Below are positions 12,623-34,799 of a stretch of 64,000 bases of DNA, piece after piece; position 1 is the first letter of the stretch; every line of letters starts with the position of its first letter. The notes beneath the pieces are model-generated. The model was given only the letters and a program-made list of their open reading frames with translations. It was not told the DNA's origin and did not search any database. The stretch lies in NCBI RefSeq assembly GCF_033153115.1, contig NW_026889794.1, positions 2,170,001 through 2,234,000 on the forward strand. Reading direction: 5' to 3'. A program made the translations under genes and the position numbers. Origin of the DNA: Saccostrea echinata (lineage: Eukaryota).

Positions 12623-15600
12623 ATGGACGCTGATGGGCTCCCTTTAGTGGGATCCGGTGTAGACTATATTAAGGTAATGTTCTATTTTTTCCTGCTTCAT
12701 GTTTCCGATACAAACGGTTTGTGCTTGGGCTTTAAAGTATGTGAGTGGGCGTCTCCCATCCATCAAATCAATATATCAAAATCAATATGTTGTTCTCGCT
12801 TTTCGGTAATGCTAAATGTATATATCTAATACCTTTTCAGGCTTCACAAATATCTCAGTGGACGATAAATTTCAAAACTATATTCAAATCACAAGTACGT
12901 GTATGGGAATATCCCTCCTTTCTGGAAAGAGATAGGAGGGGTGACCCTTAATCTCAGCTGAGAATCGGTTTGGATGGATATTTATACTGAAACCTTCACC
13001 AGTGAAGGCATCACTGGTGAAGGCGTCAGTCCAAGTACCTAGCCAAGCCGATTCTCAGCTGAGATTAGGATAACCCTAGTTAGAATAATCTAACTGTGTC
13101 TCGGGACAAGCCCTCACCACAGTTAGAATACGTCCCATATACTTGCAATGTAGCAAATCGGAGTGGATCCACTCCAAAATGATTTTGAAGGATACAAAAG
13201 GAGTTGCACTGAAAATAACTACCAAATTTATTATAACAAACCTTTTTGAGATTGTATATGCCTTTTAACCTAAAAAATAATCCATATAAATACGAAAATT
13301 CAACTCATTTTCTCAACGTTTTTCCTCGCTTCAAATTTAATGCCATGTTGACATTCGGAACTCTCTGGATTGTTCATAGAAAATGCACAGAGTTCGAGTT
13401 ATCGCCCGTGTTTATTTTGCAACATTGCCAATACACGGAACGAATTCTATCGTTAAACCGGGTCTGTAGGACAATATCATTTTAACGATAGAACGTTCTA
13501 TCTAGGATGACCCCAGACACAAAAGTGCCTGTAACTTATAGTGTTACAGTGGATCATGCACCTATTTTGGCAAATAAATTTGTTGCAAATCTCTATTATT
13601 TATGTCTCTGATAAAAACCATTTTTGTCCTGCAGATATTCTTATAAGTATTTTCTATAATTTTGTGGGCATGCATCAATAGGCAAATGCATGATTGTATC
13701 CATATTAATTTCTAAACATTTTTACTAAATCTTGGACACTTAAGTTAAAGTGGATTTTTTCCCTGAACATGGAATTCCTTTTATTTAGTGTAATTGGTTT
13801 ATTTGAATGAAATAGAAATTAATTAAAAGAAATATTTTGGAAGGTCTGTTGGGAGCAAAATTCCATAAAAATCAATCACATACATGTAATCTGTGCGTGT
13901 CTTCAAATTCTGGGTACAGAAGTGTCGAGAGTTATCTCTCTCTTGATTTACCATTTTTAACAAGGTTATGTTTATCATCTTCAATCTTGTTGATTCCCTG
14001 GGATTTTATTTTGTCTATGCAAATTGTACATGATCTAAATTTATACAAGATTTTGAACATGCTAAACTAAGTACTAGATGTATGGTAATGGATTCTGAAT
14101 GCATTCATAGACTGGGTAACCAGAATTCAAATACATAATATGTAACAGTAAACTATGAATATACGATTTTTTTTTTTCCACAGGTTGAAGCTATTCAACA
14201 GAAAAGAACTATTGCTTTCATCAATCATTTCATCACCCACACAGCAAGCTTCCTTAACCAATTCTCCTGTGTATGCGAGGAAAAACTAGAGCATCTGTCT
14301 AACAGGATACAAAATCTGGAAATTACACTTAGTCTCCTGGAAACAAAGGTATATAACTCCCCAAAAAATGGGAACAGATCTTGTATGGTGTTTGATAATG
14401 TTTTAATAATTATTAATTTTCATTTTTTTTCCACCAAGTCATTCTATTATAAAAGATTAAAGTACTGTTTTCTGCCTATTTTATTTGTTGTCTTATATTA
14501 ATGAAATCTTAGATAACATGAATGAAAAAACATAATAATTTTATGATCAGATACAACTTAGCAGCATGATAAATCAATATTACATTACAAATGGGTAACC
14601 GCATTAAGCAATTTTGACTTTTCGTGTAATTTTTAGTTGTCTTCAATTCCTGGGCTTGATAGTGTGACTGCTCCAACTAGCAGCACCACATCTGCCCCAC
14701 CAGCAGCCTCAAACACTCCAGTCTCCACCTCAGGGACCCCATCAGCTCCACCTGCCCCTGGAGCACCACCTCCACCTGTAAGTTGGGGTTCTATCAGGCA
14801 CTTAAGGTGTCTCAATGATTACTGTCCAGTTTGCCGATAAAATACTGTATAAAAAATATTTCAAAGAAATTATTTTCGAAAAGGTACACATATATTCATT
14901 TTATGGAAAATGTTTTCTAATAGTCTGGAGTACTCAGAATTTTTTTTTCGTATTTTGTAAATGACCATCACTGTGCAATGTTTTCTGTAATTTTAGTCCA
15001 CTCTGGATGAGGCTCCCCCACCCCCACCCCCAGAGGAAGAGAAGCCTTCTAATCCTGTGTCCAAAGATTCTAGATATGCTAAATTCTTCAAAATGTTACA
15101 AGTGGTAAGATCCATGGTCATAGTCATGTTAAACAACAACAACAAAAAAAAAAAAGATTGAGTACCTTTAGTTGAGCCATTTTTTTTTCAATGTAAAGTC
15201 CTTGAATGTGCTTACTCATTTGAATTTTGGTTCATTTATTGTTTGTTTTATTTTTTTCACCTGAAATTGCTATTACAATAGAAAATCTAATCACACTTAT
15301 ATGTTTATATGTTCACTTAATATATATTATTTGGTATTTATTGAAGATAACATACTTGTAAAAGCTGTATTGTTATATTAGACATTTATCTTTTGCACTA
15401 GGGAGTACCAGAACCTGCAGTTAAAAACAAAATGAGAGCAGAAGGACTCGATCCAAATTTCCTAGAGTAAGTTCCCTTTTTTGAATGAGTTGATTTGATA
15501 GCATGACAATGTGTCAATTTTTTTTACCCACTGAAGCATTTTACTTGCACTCAAAAGTAAAGTTTATCAATTATTTTCAAGTTGAAAACATCACCTTGCT

Positions 15601-15929
15601 TTTATTTTCTATTTTATATTTTTCTCTCTATTTCAATCTAAATTAAAGTTTCTTATAAATCTAATTCTAACCATTTTCCCAGTTGGTTGATTGTTACAGT
15701 AAAGTGTCTATATTTTCTCAAAAGTAATAATTTAGATGAATCATTACCTGGTTTAGAATTCTCATCTTTGCTTTTAATCTTGATTTTTCTGAGTTTCTTT
15801 AAGACTAGGACTCTATAATTATAAATATTTTTCAGTACCCCTGATGCCCCTGCCCCTCCAGAAGATGTGAAGAAAGCTGACAGTGACAGTGATTTTAGTG
15901 ATAGCGATAATGACAGCATGAGTGATTAA
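12623..15929 (+). CDS. WASHC3: WASH complex subunit 3 (CCDC53), ~207 aa
   Basis: Exons 12623-12673, 14184-14348, 14637-14777, 14997-15104, 15402-15466, 15836-15929. Translation MDADGLPLVGSGVDYIKVEAIQQKRTIAFINHF...KLSSIPGLD...DSRYAKFFKMLQVGVPEPAVKNKMRAEGLDPNFLDTPDAP matches the CCDC53 signature. Confidence 0.96.
12949..13067. mobile_element. 119-bp hairpin MITE, Academ-like
   Basis: TAATCTCAGCTGAGAATCGG ... CCGATTCTCAGCTGAGATTA; flanks GGGTGACCCT/GGATAACCCT (degenerate 10-bp TSD). Confidence 0.65.
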
Positions 15930-17604
15930 GCTAGATAATTACAGCAATTATCACCTATGTAATTAGCAGAACAATTAATCTGCCTACTCTAAGGGAGAAT
16001 GGGATAATTTCATTCCTGTGGCAGGATAAATTAGTAATTTAATTGTGGCACTTTGAGTGATACATACTTAACTTCGTAAAAAAAAAAAATGAATGAAGAT
16101 CTCTTAAAATTAAACCATAAGACTTCATAGTGGCATGAGAGTATCATGGAATTCTGCAAGATGGATTAAAATTTACAATGTTTTGTAGGCCAATTTGTGG
16201 ATTAATTAGATCTATGATTGAAAGATTGTCATGTGTATATATACTCGTTATGTTGAATAAAACTATGGATTCTATGACTCATTGTATTACATATTCATTT
16301 AAGGAGTCAAATTACTTTATAATTAGAAATTGAAATGGCTGGTACTTGACTAGGACTGACATAGAGATAATCAATTCAAAAATCTTAGTTAGTAGTAGTG
16401 TAGCAGGTTTTAAAGTGACTATATTTAGCTGTAAATAGCGAGTCACACTCCTACTGGTAGTGGCTAGTAAGTTAGCCCTTTAACTCAGTTGAGTTTTTAA
16501 TGTACATGTATAATATAGATTTTTAGTATGAGGATGGTTAGTTCAAGTCAAGGTCATCCATATTCAACCACAAATATACAATATGTAGATAGATGCATCT
16601 GAATTATACATAAAATTGACGACTATAAAATAAGCTGATAACCCCTTCCCATTCTCAGGTTAAAATGTTGTGGCTGCTAAATACATGTAACCGAATAAGC
16701 AATTTAAAAGAAACTGAAATGAGAAAGTATTCATAATTTGATCAAATGAAATCACAGGTGTGACTGTAAAATCACATTTTCGTGGGGTCAAATTTTTGAG
16801 GTGTGAGGAAAAACTATGGGTTCATGGGGATTTGATTTCATGGATAAGAAATGTTGCGTAGTTATGGCATTTTACATTTCCCGGTGGACATGAATTTATG
16901 GGTCTCTTTATACCTTGAAAAACAATGAAATTTAACCCCCCATGAAAATTAGTGATTTCACAGTACATGTATATGCATGTTTATATTGGCTATACATTAA
17001 AAAAAGAGAAACAGAAGCATGAATCTATTAATTAATTACCAATCTTCAGATAAAGGTCAATGTCAACGTTCATGTGGCTTTTATGAAAAGAATTACAAGG
17101 CTAAACACACATATGCAAAAATAAATACGACTCTTTCAGATTCTTTAATTTCTTTATTTGAAAACATAGACCTGGAAAGATTACACAAGAGCAATTTCCA
17201 ATATCTTTATCCAAAATACATTTGGTACAACATTGCTTAATTTTTACATTGTACACAATCTTGCACATGTTAAGAATGCATCAAAATATTTCAATCAACA
17301 GAAAGAAGGTTTTGTTTAAAATTATGTTATTCTTCCTACAACACTATTTACAATATTACCCAAGTTCAGATTTAGAAAGAATAGAGGTCAATTATAAAAC
17401 ACTGTGATACATTTAAAACATGGCACTTCTACTTGAGGATAATATAACAGAATAAAAGAACATAGTTTTAAGTGATTTTTTAGACCTTTCTAATCTGTGG
17501 ACATATATTGTACAGTGAAATGTATTTCATAAATAACATTATATATACTGGTAGATTATTTACTACTTCTGATTGAAAATACAAAACATTTTCAATTACA
17601 AATG

Positions 17605-18318
17605 ACAAGAGGCCCATGGGCCACAAAGCTCACCTGAGTCACATTTGCCCTGCTGTTCTGTCAGAAAAAAATTTTTAAAAGATTTTTTTGCTCCTTATTC
17701 CTATAAAAAATTTGACTCCATATTGTTGCCCAAACATTTCCTAAAGAGGTTATGATATAGCCAAAGTTGAATTCACACATTGGGATTCTACGACTAACAA
17801 GGCTCTGCTGTTCCCTCCGAGTAAGATTTTTAACATTTTTATTACAAAACTTGAGTCTACAATACCTGAGGATGTTTCCAAATTAATATGACTTATCATG
17901 GCCCTGCTGATCTTGAGAAGAAGACTTTAAATAATATTCCTATGTAAAACTTTGATCCCTATTAAGGCCCCACCCTATCCCCAGGGGTCATGATTTGAAG
18001 AAACCTTAAACTTCACTATGTAAGGAAGCTTTCATGCAAGTTTTATCTTTTATGGCCCAGTGGTTCTTAATAAGATTTTAAAAGATGCCATCAAATTTTG
18101 ACTAATTCTTAATTATCTCCCCTTGAAAAGGGCATGGCCTATCACTTGAACAGACTTGAATCCCTTTCACCCAAGGATGCTTTATGGCAAGTTTGGTTGA
18201 AACTGGCCTAGTGGTTCTGGAGAAGATGTCAAAAATGTAAAAGGTTTACAGACAGATGGACACCAGACACCCTTCAATCAGAAAAGCTGACTTGAGCCTT
18301 TGGCTCAGGTGAGCTAAA
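17605..18318. mobile_element. Helentron-associated non-autonomous element (HINE / oyster Helitron-N type)
   Basis: ACAAGAGGCCCATGGGCC..GCTCACCTGAG start, GACA microsatellite-like stretch, terminal hairpin GAGCCTTTGGCTCAGGTGAGCTAAAAA. Confidence 0.8.
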
Positions 18319-21300
18319 AATCAGGCAAATCACAAATGAAAATATTCACAATCACACTCTTCCTATATGCCAGTACCAGTATTTTTAAGAATATGTAATT
18401 TCTATGAACTAGTAACTATCAGAATCATTGCAAGTGTACCATTTAAACTGCTTCTACTCCTTAATTATGTTTACTGCATTTGTAATAAATAGACCTTTTA
18501 TGACAAAGCAAACTTCAAATTCTGAACAATATACCCCCCCCCCCAAAAAAAAGCAACTTTCATGGCTACAGTGATGGATATGTTTAATTAATTACTGAGA
18601 CATTTATATGCTATTTAAACATACAGTAATTTCTGACATCAAATATACATATTTTATAGCTGCTGACGGAATTACCAAAGTGCTTACAATTTAAATATTG
18701 TGCATTACTGGATTTGTCAGAAACATTAAATTTTCATCATTGCTTCATCATAGAAATATATAATAGAATAAAAAAAACACAATCTCGGATCCAAGTAAGT
18801 GTAACAGTATTATACTCTATATGTCCTTCACAAAATCAAGATAAAACTTTCTACCTGAAAAACCACCTTGTCTATTTGACAATACCCTGAAATGCTTATT
18901 GGTTTGTGATAGTCATGTAATTATCATGTGGTTGAATACTGAAATGCCAGGAAAATTGTATCCCAGTATATCTAAAAATAACATTATCCTTTAAGATATA
19001 CTTATTTCTTTTAAGTCTTCTTTGGAGGTAGTAACTTTAATATGTTTATCTGTTTAAGTTTTTATTTAGCTTTAAAAAAAAAAAAACTCCTTGTTTTCAT
19101 GTATATCAGATCTCATTCAATCCATGCACTTTTTGACAACTAAAGCTGAACAAAAAACAAGGAATGCTAATTTTCTGAGCACAGATAAGCAAGTCAACAT
19201 CCATCAGTATGATGAAAAAAGTTTGCATACAAAATTGTACATCTCAGAGGAACCATGCTTGAATAATCACATGCAAATTGAAAAATAAGAAAAATATAAA
19301 CTTTTTTATCACAGTAAACTGGTCGGGTTTTTTCTAATAACATATTTTCTCCAATAACCTTTAAGACTACATGGCCATATATAAATTAAAAAAAACTATT
19401 TCAAAAATTATCATGAACCTATTTAAATTTCAAATTTCCCCATTATTCAATCTTCCTATAAAAAGTATTACTGCTAGAAACTTTTTTTTTTATTTATGAG
19501 CGTTTGTCTTGAAGAATATTCTTGGAGAATAAGACTTCTTTTAAATGTGAAGAAGTTTACATCCAAAATTTGCCAGTTATTGGAGAAAATATGAAAGAGC
19601 AACTACACAAACATTTTTTCAGCACATATAAATGACAACATCATTGTAAGTTATAAGTTACACAGATTACTTGGATCTGGGCAGGCATTGCTGCACAAAA
19701 ATAAAGCTTACATGTACATGTAATATACAAATAGGGCTGTCATTAATGAGATTTTCCATATTGGTATACATGTACCATTTGTAAAAAAAAAAAATATCAA
19801 TTTTTCTATACATAAAGAAATTATAAACACACACACAGACATATTGTATTCAAATACATGTACCCAATTACAAAGTATATGACCAATTACTATGCCTTTT
19901 TGCAAAAACCAAGAAAAATAAAATTTTTGAAGTATTATACAATGAAGTACATGTACAAATTATCTTCAGCAAACAGTATATAGGTTCACTACAGCAAAAA
20001 ATTTTGCTCAGTCTATAATCTTACTAAAAATACACAATTTTGATCAGGTAGTATAAATTCAAAACAAACTTTAGAGAGTATTGCTTTTCAGATCTTGAGG
20101 TGCAATTCCTTTGATACACATAGCCATTAAGCAAGGCACACGAAGGCGGTCGAACTCGAACAAGTGCTTGAAAATCAAGTGCAGTGCCTAATAAATACAG
20201 CACACAAAAAATTCAAAATGCCCAAAATTTTAATGGATCTTGTAAAATCAGGAAGCTTTCTTACAGTTTTTCATCTCATTAAAAAATTCAGTTCCATACT
20301 ACCGTAATGCAGAAATGCCCGAATTAGGAGGGGAGATTCAAGAATTATTCTGCCTCAGCCACATTCTGAACCTTAAAAGAAATACTACGAAAAAGACCTG
20401 AAGAGCTTTAACTGCAAACGTTTAGCCTAAACAATTTAGTATTCACAAATCTGTGTAATCTCCAGGACCACACACCTGTTAGATTAACTGACTCCAACTG
20501 TAATTATGACCCAAATCCTTAATCCTGCCTGTGATTATCCAAATTTTTTGTTAATTTATATATAAAATGTCTGCTATGTAATAAATTATTCATCCTCAAA
20601 AAATGTATTAATATTACAGTAACATCATCTGAATCAATAATATATTGATATTGAATCTATCAATGACAGCCCTTGTGTACATATTTACATCAAGTATAAA
20701 ACTGTACACACTGGTTGATTTCCATACATGTATGTACTAATAATGAACAGTATGCCAGACACATATTTCTAATTGCACAGCAAATATACCAGCCCATAGA
20801 GTTACCCCCCAGTCAGTCTCACATTTTAAGCACTAGGAAATTTACAACCAGTTATACATGTACTCAACATACATGTACATGTATATGTCACTGATGAATG
20901 CTTCACTGATAATTAAGATTCGAGGTAATTCTCACATCTTTCACAATCTGAATTTAAAGTTCTTTCCTTTTTTGTAGTTCTTTTTCCCCCCATCAGTTTT
21001 AAATACATGGACAACTTTAATCTGAACATGAAAAATATATTTCAAAAATATCTTGCATCTTGATGTTACTTTTAAGACTAACATTTGGTACAAGAAATCC
21101 AGTTTTGATTTTGTATTTGTCCATACCTGATATTCTTAAACATGCACACATTAAGTGTAGAATAATATCATTATATTTCAGTTGATATGTTAAATAAATA
21201 CATATATCTCTCTATCTAGAAAACAATATTTGCCCTTAGTGCACATAACTCTATTTTGATACTGTACAGATATCCACAAAATACTTTAAAATTGCCAAAG

Positions 21301-21506
21301 AAATTAAAATATATACAGTAGTTTATAAATGTACAAATCACAAAATTATACATTTTGAATCACTAAGAAAATTGCCAGGCATGCAAAACAAATTATCATG
21401 AACACAAACAGATTTATTTTTGTTTACATCTTGGATTTTTGGTGCTCTATGGGAAAAAAGTTTGATATATCTGGTATAGTTCTTTGCAAGCCCCGCCCCC
21501 TTTCAA

Positions 21507-28853
<7,347 letters not shown>

Positions 28854-29809
28854 CCCATCAAAGGGAAGGAGGTCTATCGAGAAAAGTCACCGGTTTTATC
28901 GCATGTGTATTACCTACAAATATAAATGAGAAATGAAACATTGCTGAACAAATTAACAGTCTCACTCTGTACCCATTTATTTATATATTATTATAAGTAT
29001 CAAAATCTTTTAGAATGAAAAAAGTTTTCTAAAAAAATAAACCTTTTATTATCTTTTTTTATAATCTACTGATCATTTGTACACAAATATTAAAGTTTTC
29101 ACAAGAAACATTTCAAAATAAAGACCTTATAATTTCATGCTACTGATATAGTCAAAGATAGCCTTGGCTACTTTTTACAGAACAAGTTTACGATTAAAAA
29201 ATCAAGTGCAAACGCAAACCATACAAATATTTGAGTCACTGATGAGTATATTTATCAAAATTTCTGAAAAGTTAGGCAACATAAAACATTCTGGCTTAAA
29301 CTGCTGAGAAAATGTTATTCGTCACACTTACAACACAAAACGGAAACACTTTTTCCACAATAATACCGCAATGCAATGTGGGAACACTAAGGGCACATTA
29401 TCTACAGTACAGCTCGAAAGTTTTGTTTAAGGAGAGGAGGGATAAGATCTTACTCCTATATGAATGAAACGTTTGTTTGTTTTGTTTTTGTTTTTGCTTT
29501 GTTTCGTTTGTTTCTTTGTTGATTTTTAAGTTTGTTAGTTGGTTGGTTTTATTTCATTTCCGCCATTTTCTTTGGGTGCATTTTTTTCTGCTTGTTTTCT
29601 TTTCTAATTTTATCATATTTGATTTTTTTAGGTGGGGGGGGGGGGATTTTTTACGTAGATTTTTTGTTTTGTTTTTTGTGAACTTCGCATACATTCCCAC
29701 CGGAAATCCTGGATACGCACATTGAAATAGAAAAAAGTTGAATGATGTAAAACTTAATTATTTGATAAAATACATGATGGATCGGCAATTATTTTTAATA
29801 TTAATGAAA

Positions 29810-29964
29810 NNNNNNNNNNNNNNNNNNNNNNNNNNNNNNNNNNNNNNNNNNNNNNNNNNNNNNNNNNNNNNNNNNNNNNNNNNNNNNNNNNNNNNNNNNN
29901 NNNNNNNNNNNNNNNNNNNNNNNNNNNNNNNNNNNNNNNNNNNNNNNNNNNNNNNNNNNNNNNN
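29810..29964. other. Assembly gap (N run)
   Basis: Run of N. Confidence 1.
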
Positions 29965-30950
29965 AAACGCTGGATAACATATAAAGATTTTTTTTTAATA
30001 GGAGCTAGTCCAGAGATGTAGACCGCCCCCTTCATTTGACCTGGTTTACATTCTTTCGAGGACCTGATTTAATAAAATTAGATTAATCCTTGGTTATGAC
30101 GATAAATCTTTTTGCTCTTACGTACGGACTGGAGATTAACTGCAATCGAAAAGATATAACCAAGCCAACGATCATGCATGTTTCTGATACAAGTAAAAGT
30201 CACAACGTCTTGTACGAGATAATGAACTTGAATGTGATGATATATGTATTATATAACAGTATTATTAAATGAACTATAAATTTAATGCTTAATAAGATCT
30301 CCTCACAGCAAATAAATATATTCAAGTTTAATCAATTTGAAAAACCTGAAGATTTTTATCTATACACCCTCCCCCGAACATTCCAAAAATTGTCAAATAC
30401 TATAGAGTATTGAAACTTATACTATCCTTCTGATATCAGTGCTCTTGTATGGTTTTGAAAAATTGTGGACAGGGTTGAAAATTTTTTTTCCAAGGATGCA
30501 TGCGAGGAACTAGTAACCCCCCCCCCACACCCCCCCCCCCCCGCTTTTGTGGGAAAAACTTGGATCCGCGCATGTAATAAGTGGTAGGATACTGAAAAGA
30601 CCAATTACAATAAAGGTGTGGATGAACTCTCAAGCGACCACTACCAAATCACAGAAGTGCTAAACTCTAAATCACGCCTAACTAAATCTGAGCTATTTAA
30701 ACAATGATTAAGTACCCCAAATCCAGCGTAATATTTTGTCTTTGTAACAAAACTTTCACCCACACTGAGCTTAATACACGATATTTAAATTTTCATTAGG
30801 GTATTAGCATTGATTTCCCTCTTTGAGCATTTACGACACACTGTGAAAAAAAGTTGAGCAGTAAATATATTTGTTTACAATAATTTAAATACAATCATGA
30901 CAAAACTGTAAAGTCTTCAGGATCTGAAGTTTCTGGAAAAGGGGGTAAAT

Positions 30951-32467
30951 ATGCCCAAGAAGCACGCGGCGGCACCGAGGCCCAGCAAACCTCCCGTGAG
31001 GGCGCAAGAAGAGGACAGAGACCCGAATCATATCAATGACCAACTAAAGGTGAGCGCACTGTGCAATTTATATTGATAGTGTCTCCGTATTTTTTTTTTT
31101 TCAAATCATGTGTTCAAGAATCGATTCCAAAAGAATATGAAAAATTACAACTTTTAAATTAATCATAACAAGTATAACTACAATCTACATTGTATGAATT
31201 TTAGAACGATTGATTGGTTTTATTTGAAAATATAGTTATAGTACTCAAGTTTTACCAATGAGATGGGGACCTGGGTTTTTTTTTAAATAAAAAAAAAACT
31301 TACAATACCTCTGGTCTTACTATAGTATACATGTATGTAGACTTCAAAGAGTTGAACGTCTACCTACTGTACATGTATATTCGGAAAAAGGGTATACTTC
31401 AATAACTAAAAAGTTCACATTTGTTCTTCAAATAAATAAATTTTCGTGGGAAAACGGACAATTACATTTTTTGTATTTGCGATAAGTAACTTACTGGGTA
31501 GGAGTAATTCACATGTCAACGATTTGGAAGCTATGAATTGGATCTGAATTTTTTATTGACTATTATTAACTTTTTTATCTAGCTGTTTCAAAATAGAATT
31601 GGCGCATGAAAATTGAAACAGAGTGAAATTAAGAGGTTTTTTTTCATAAAACATATCAATTTTTAAGTATCTGTATTTTTTTAATATGTTCTGAGATGTT
31701 CCTCACCAAGAACCCCCCCCCTCCCAACTTCAAGTTTTTACGTGGGTTACAATTGCAATTTTTTTTCTTCTTCAAGGAACATTATTTATGAATACTTCAA
31801 ATGCATGACATTGTACATCTAACCCACTTAGTAATTTTTTTTTTTTTTACAGTTTGGTTTTTATCATGTCTTTGGTGAACCTTACGGGACTAGGAGTGCA
31901 GATTGTACATGGGAGTTCTCCCGGACTTTTTATGACTGTTTTATCGGCTTAGTTTACAAACTGATCACTTTCTTCACAGCCCCTTGTATAGCGTCATGGT
32001 GGGGGTGTGAATTTGCCATTTTGGCATTTCAACATGTTTGGTGCATTACCCCTTGTTTTAAATGCGTCGAGATTGTTTTTTCAACATTGACCAGAATTTT
32101 AAGAAGTTGTATGAGATGCTGCATTTATCCACCCTGTCGAGCTTTCGGACATATCTTTATATTGTTTCGAAAGGAAGGTATAAACGACGAAGAAGACGAC
32201 AACCCTTTTTACCATCTCCAAAAATCGCCGGTAAAGAAAACCAGAATTATACAAACTCCGTCTCGAAAGAATAAAGTGGTTCCTGAAAAAGTTGAGAAAC
32301 CGAAGCAAGAACCACCAAAACAGGTGAAGAAAAGAGAATCGGCGGATCCCAATGTTGTGCCAGGAGTGATAGCTGTTTCGGTAGTTAATGAAACAGAGGA
32401 TCCAGAGGATTATTTAGGGGAGAAGTCTAATATGGTGAACGCAATTAAACGACAAATGCAAATGTAA
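30951..32467 (+). CDS. Caveolin-family protein with a long C-terminal extension, ~237 aa
   Basis: Exons 30951-31049 (MPKKHAAAPRPSKPPVRAQEEDRDPNHINDQLK|GT) and 31853-32467 (FGFYHVFGEPYGTRSADCTW...YKLITFFTAPCIASWWGCEFAILAFQHVWCITPC...CCIYPPCRAFGHIF). The RDP..IN..LK, (FEDVIA)EP.GT.S.D..W and WG..FA..AF.HVW...P motifs are caveolin-like. Confidence 0.88.
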
Positions 32468-34665
32468 AGAAAATAGGATGGGTCGGTGATCTGTTATTTA
32501 CTTGTACATGCATGTATATATTTAAAACTTGAATAGAAATAAAGGATTTACATTTATTTTTTTGTAAATAGTTTATTGATTCAAAGCGCCATAATGAGCC
32601 ACAATCATCCTCTTCTTTCATCCTCTTTTTTTATTCAAATGAAACATCCCTGATCATGCTGATGAGGACAAATTTCCATTATCTTAATTCAGATCAGACT
32701 TAAGATCTTTTTAGAAAACCCAAATGTTCGGTGAACGAGTACCGGTGCATTTTTGTGATCTATATGATGCAGATAGCGTTAAAAAGATATCAAATTAGTT
32801 TAGTCCTTACTTAAAAGACCTTTGAAATCAATTGTGCGTTGAATTTTTCTAAGCAGAATTCTTTGTTGACAAGATCATCATAATCAATTTGGCAAGAAAC
32901 ATCCCGACTAACAGTTTCATGTAATTTCAGCAAATCCACCAAAATTCCATCCTCCTGAGTCCACTCATGGCCGGGGACACTAGACAACACCTCTTTTTTT
33001 TTGGGGGGGGGGATCTCCTGTCATTTAGAATTATCAATCAAATTGGGACTTTCATAAATCGACATAAAAACTAACCCCCCCCCCCCCCCAAAAAAAAAAT
33101 TAAACAGTTGACACTTCAATGCACGTCTTATCGGTTGTCTGTCATCAAGAGACTCAATGTGATTGGTCAAGAGATAAGAAAAAAAAAATCAGAAAAATTC
33201 CGAAAGACGTACGTCACTGAAGCCAGTCCGTAAAAAAATTAAATAAGATTTGTCTGGGGTCCCACGAGTGTACTCAGGACCTCTGATGTTACGAGGATGC
33301 TAAAATTCTTGCACATGCAACCCTGCATATACCAAATATTTGCAGGATCGATACACATGTACTAAGAAGTCAACAGTTTCTCTGATATTCCATATACTGC
33401 CTAGGTGCGTTGAATCCATCTCTGTGACTTTGCGGGGTGGGGTGGGGTACTTGTCTGATGTGCGATTGGGATAAAAATTGGCAACAAATCCGAACTAAAT
33501 CATTCGTTCTACTTCCTCTGAAAATGCAATCATTATAAGAATATATTTATGCTGAAGAATATTTAAAACCACCGGTATATGGCCTAGTCAATAAAAAAAA
33601 GGAAGAAAGAAAAACAAGTGCACTGCAAAGCGGAGCGTCCCTCGCAAAAGAGCTTATCGACGCCGATGTAAATATAATTACTTGTGTAACGCCCGTTACA
33701 CACGCACGCACTCACCCCCCCACCCCCACCCCACCTCATACACGCGTTACTACATCCCCTCCAATTTCGTTGCGAGAGGATAACTAGATCGCAAACTCAT
33801 CCATCAATATATTGTCGGACTTTTAAACTTTCGACAGGGTGGGCTTAGAAGTATACACTGACTGTGTAAATTCTGAAACATTCGCGTTGGTATCCACTCT
33901 CGAAGTGAGAAAAAAGTCACATAAAAAAGTCAATAGTTATTTTGGAGAAAAAGGCAAGTTAGAGTTGAAAATCCTATGTCAAAAACAAACTTTGATTTAA
34001 AAAGACAAATAAAAACGTTGCCAACTGCAACCATTGTACAACCTGAAGTATGTGTACCCCTATTTTCCAGCTGGATAATGTTCTTAAAACTGATTGTCTT
34101 GGACATAAATGTCTACTATATATGTCTGTGTCCATGGGAGTTCTGTTCACATTTTCCAGTGTATTTTAAGCAGAATGTTTTTTTTTAAAATTCCATTTAG
34201 TATTGGAATTATTTGACTATAAAATAGTACAAACACTCGAGCCTGCGTCTCAAAACTTTTGGTACTTTGATTTTATTGAAGTTCTATCTCTGTCCCATCG
34301 ATCTGAGATAACAAGATTTGATTTTAATTTGGGGAAAAACTGAAGCGTTTTAAATATATGGTCTGTATCTTTCTGAATAGAACTTTGCCAAACACTAACA
34401 TAAATGTACTTTTTCTCGTAGCCAAATTTATTTCGAAAATTGCAAAAATTTAAAACCCACAGAACTTGCAGGAATAAGGAAAATTAGGGAGGGGGTGAGA
34501 GGGGTGCCCCCTCTCATGGGTAGAGTTCGGGGGCTCCCACGAGAAATTTTTGTTTAAAATGGTTTGAAATGGTGCATTTCCCAGCATTTTGCCCTTTAAT
34601 TAGGTATTGTTTTTTTAGGATCGACCGACGCGAATTTTCAAGAATTAAAATAAAAATTTAAATTG

Positions 34666-34799
34666 NNNNNNNNNNNNNNNNNNNNNNNNNNNNNNNNNNN
34701 NNNNNNNNNNNNNNNNNNNNNNNNNNNNNNNNNNNNNNNNNNNNNNNNNNNNNNNNNNNNNNNNNNNNNNNNNNNNNNNNNNNNNNNNNNNNNNNNNNN
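34666..34799. other. Assembly gap (N run)
   Basis: Run of N. Confidence 1.

Noticed and set aside
29738-30035. ORFs containing X runs (also 34638-34829)
   Set aside because: Artefacts of translating N gaps.
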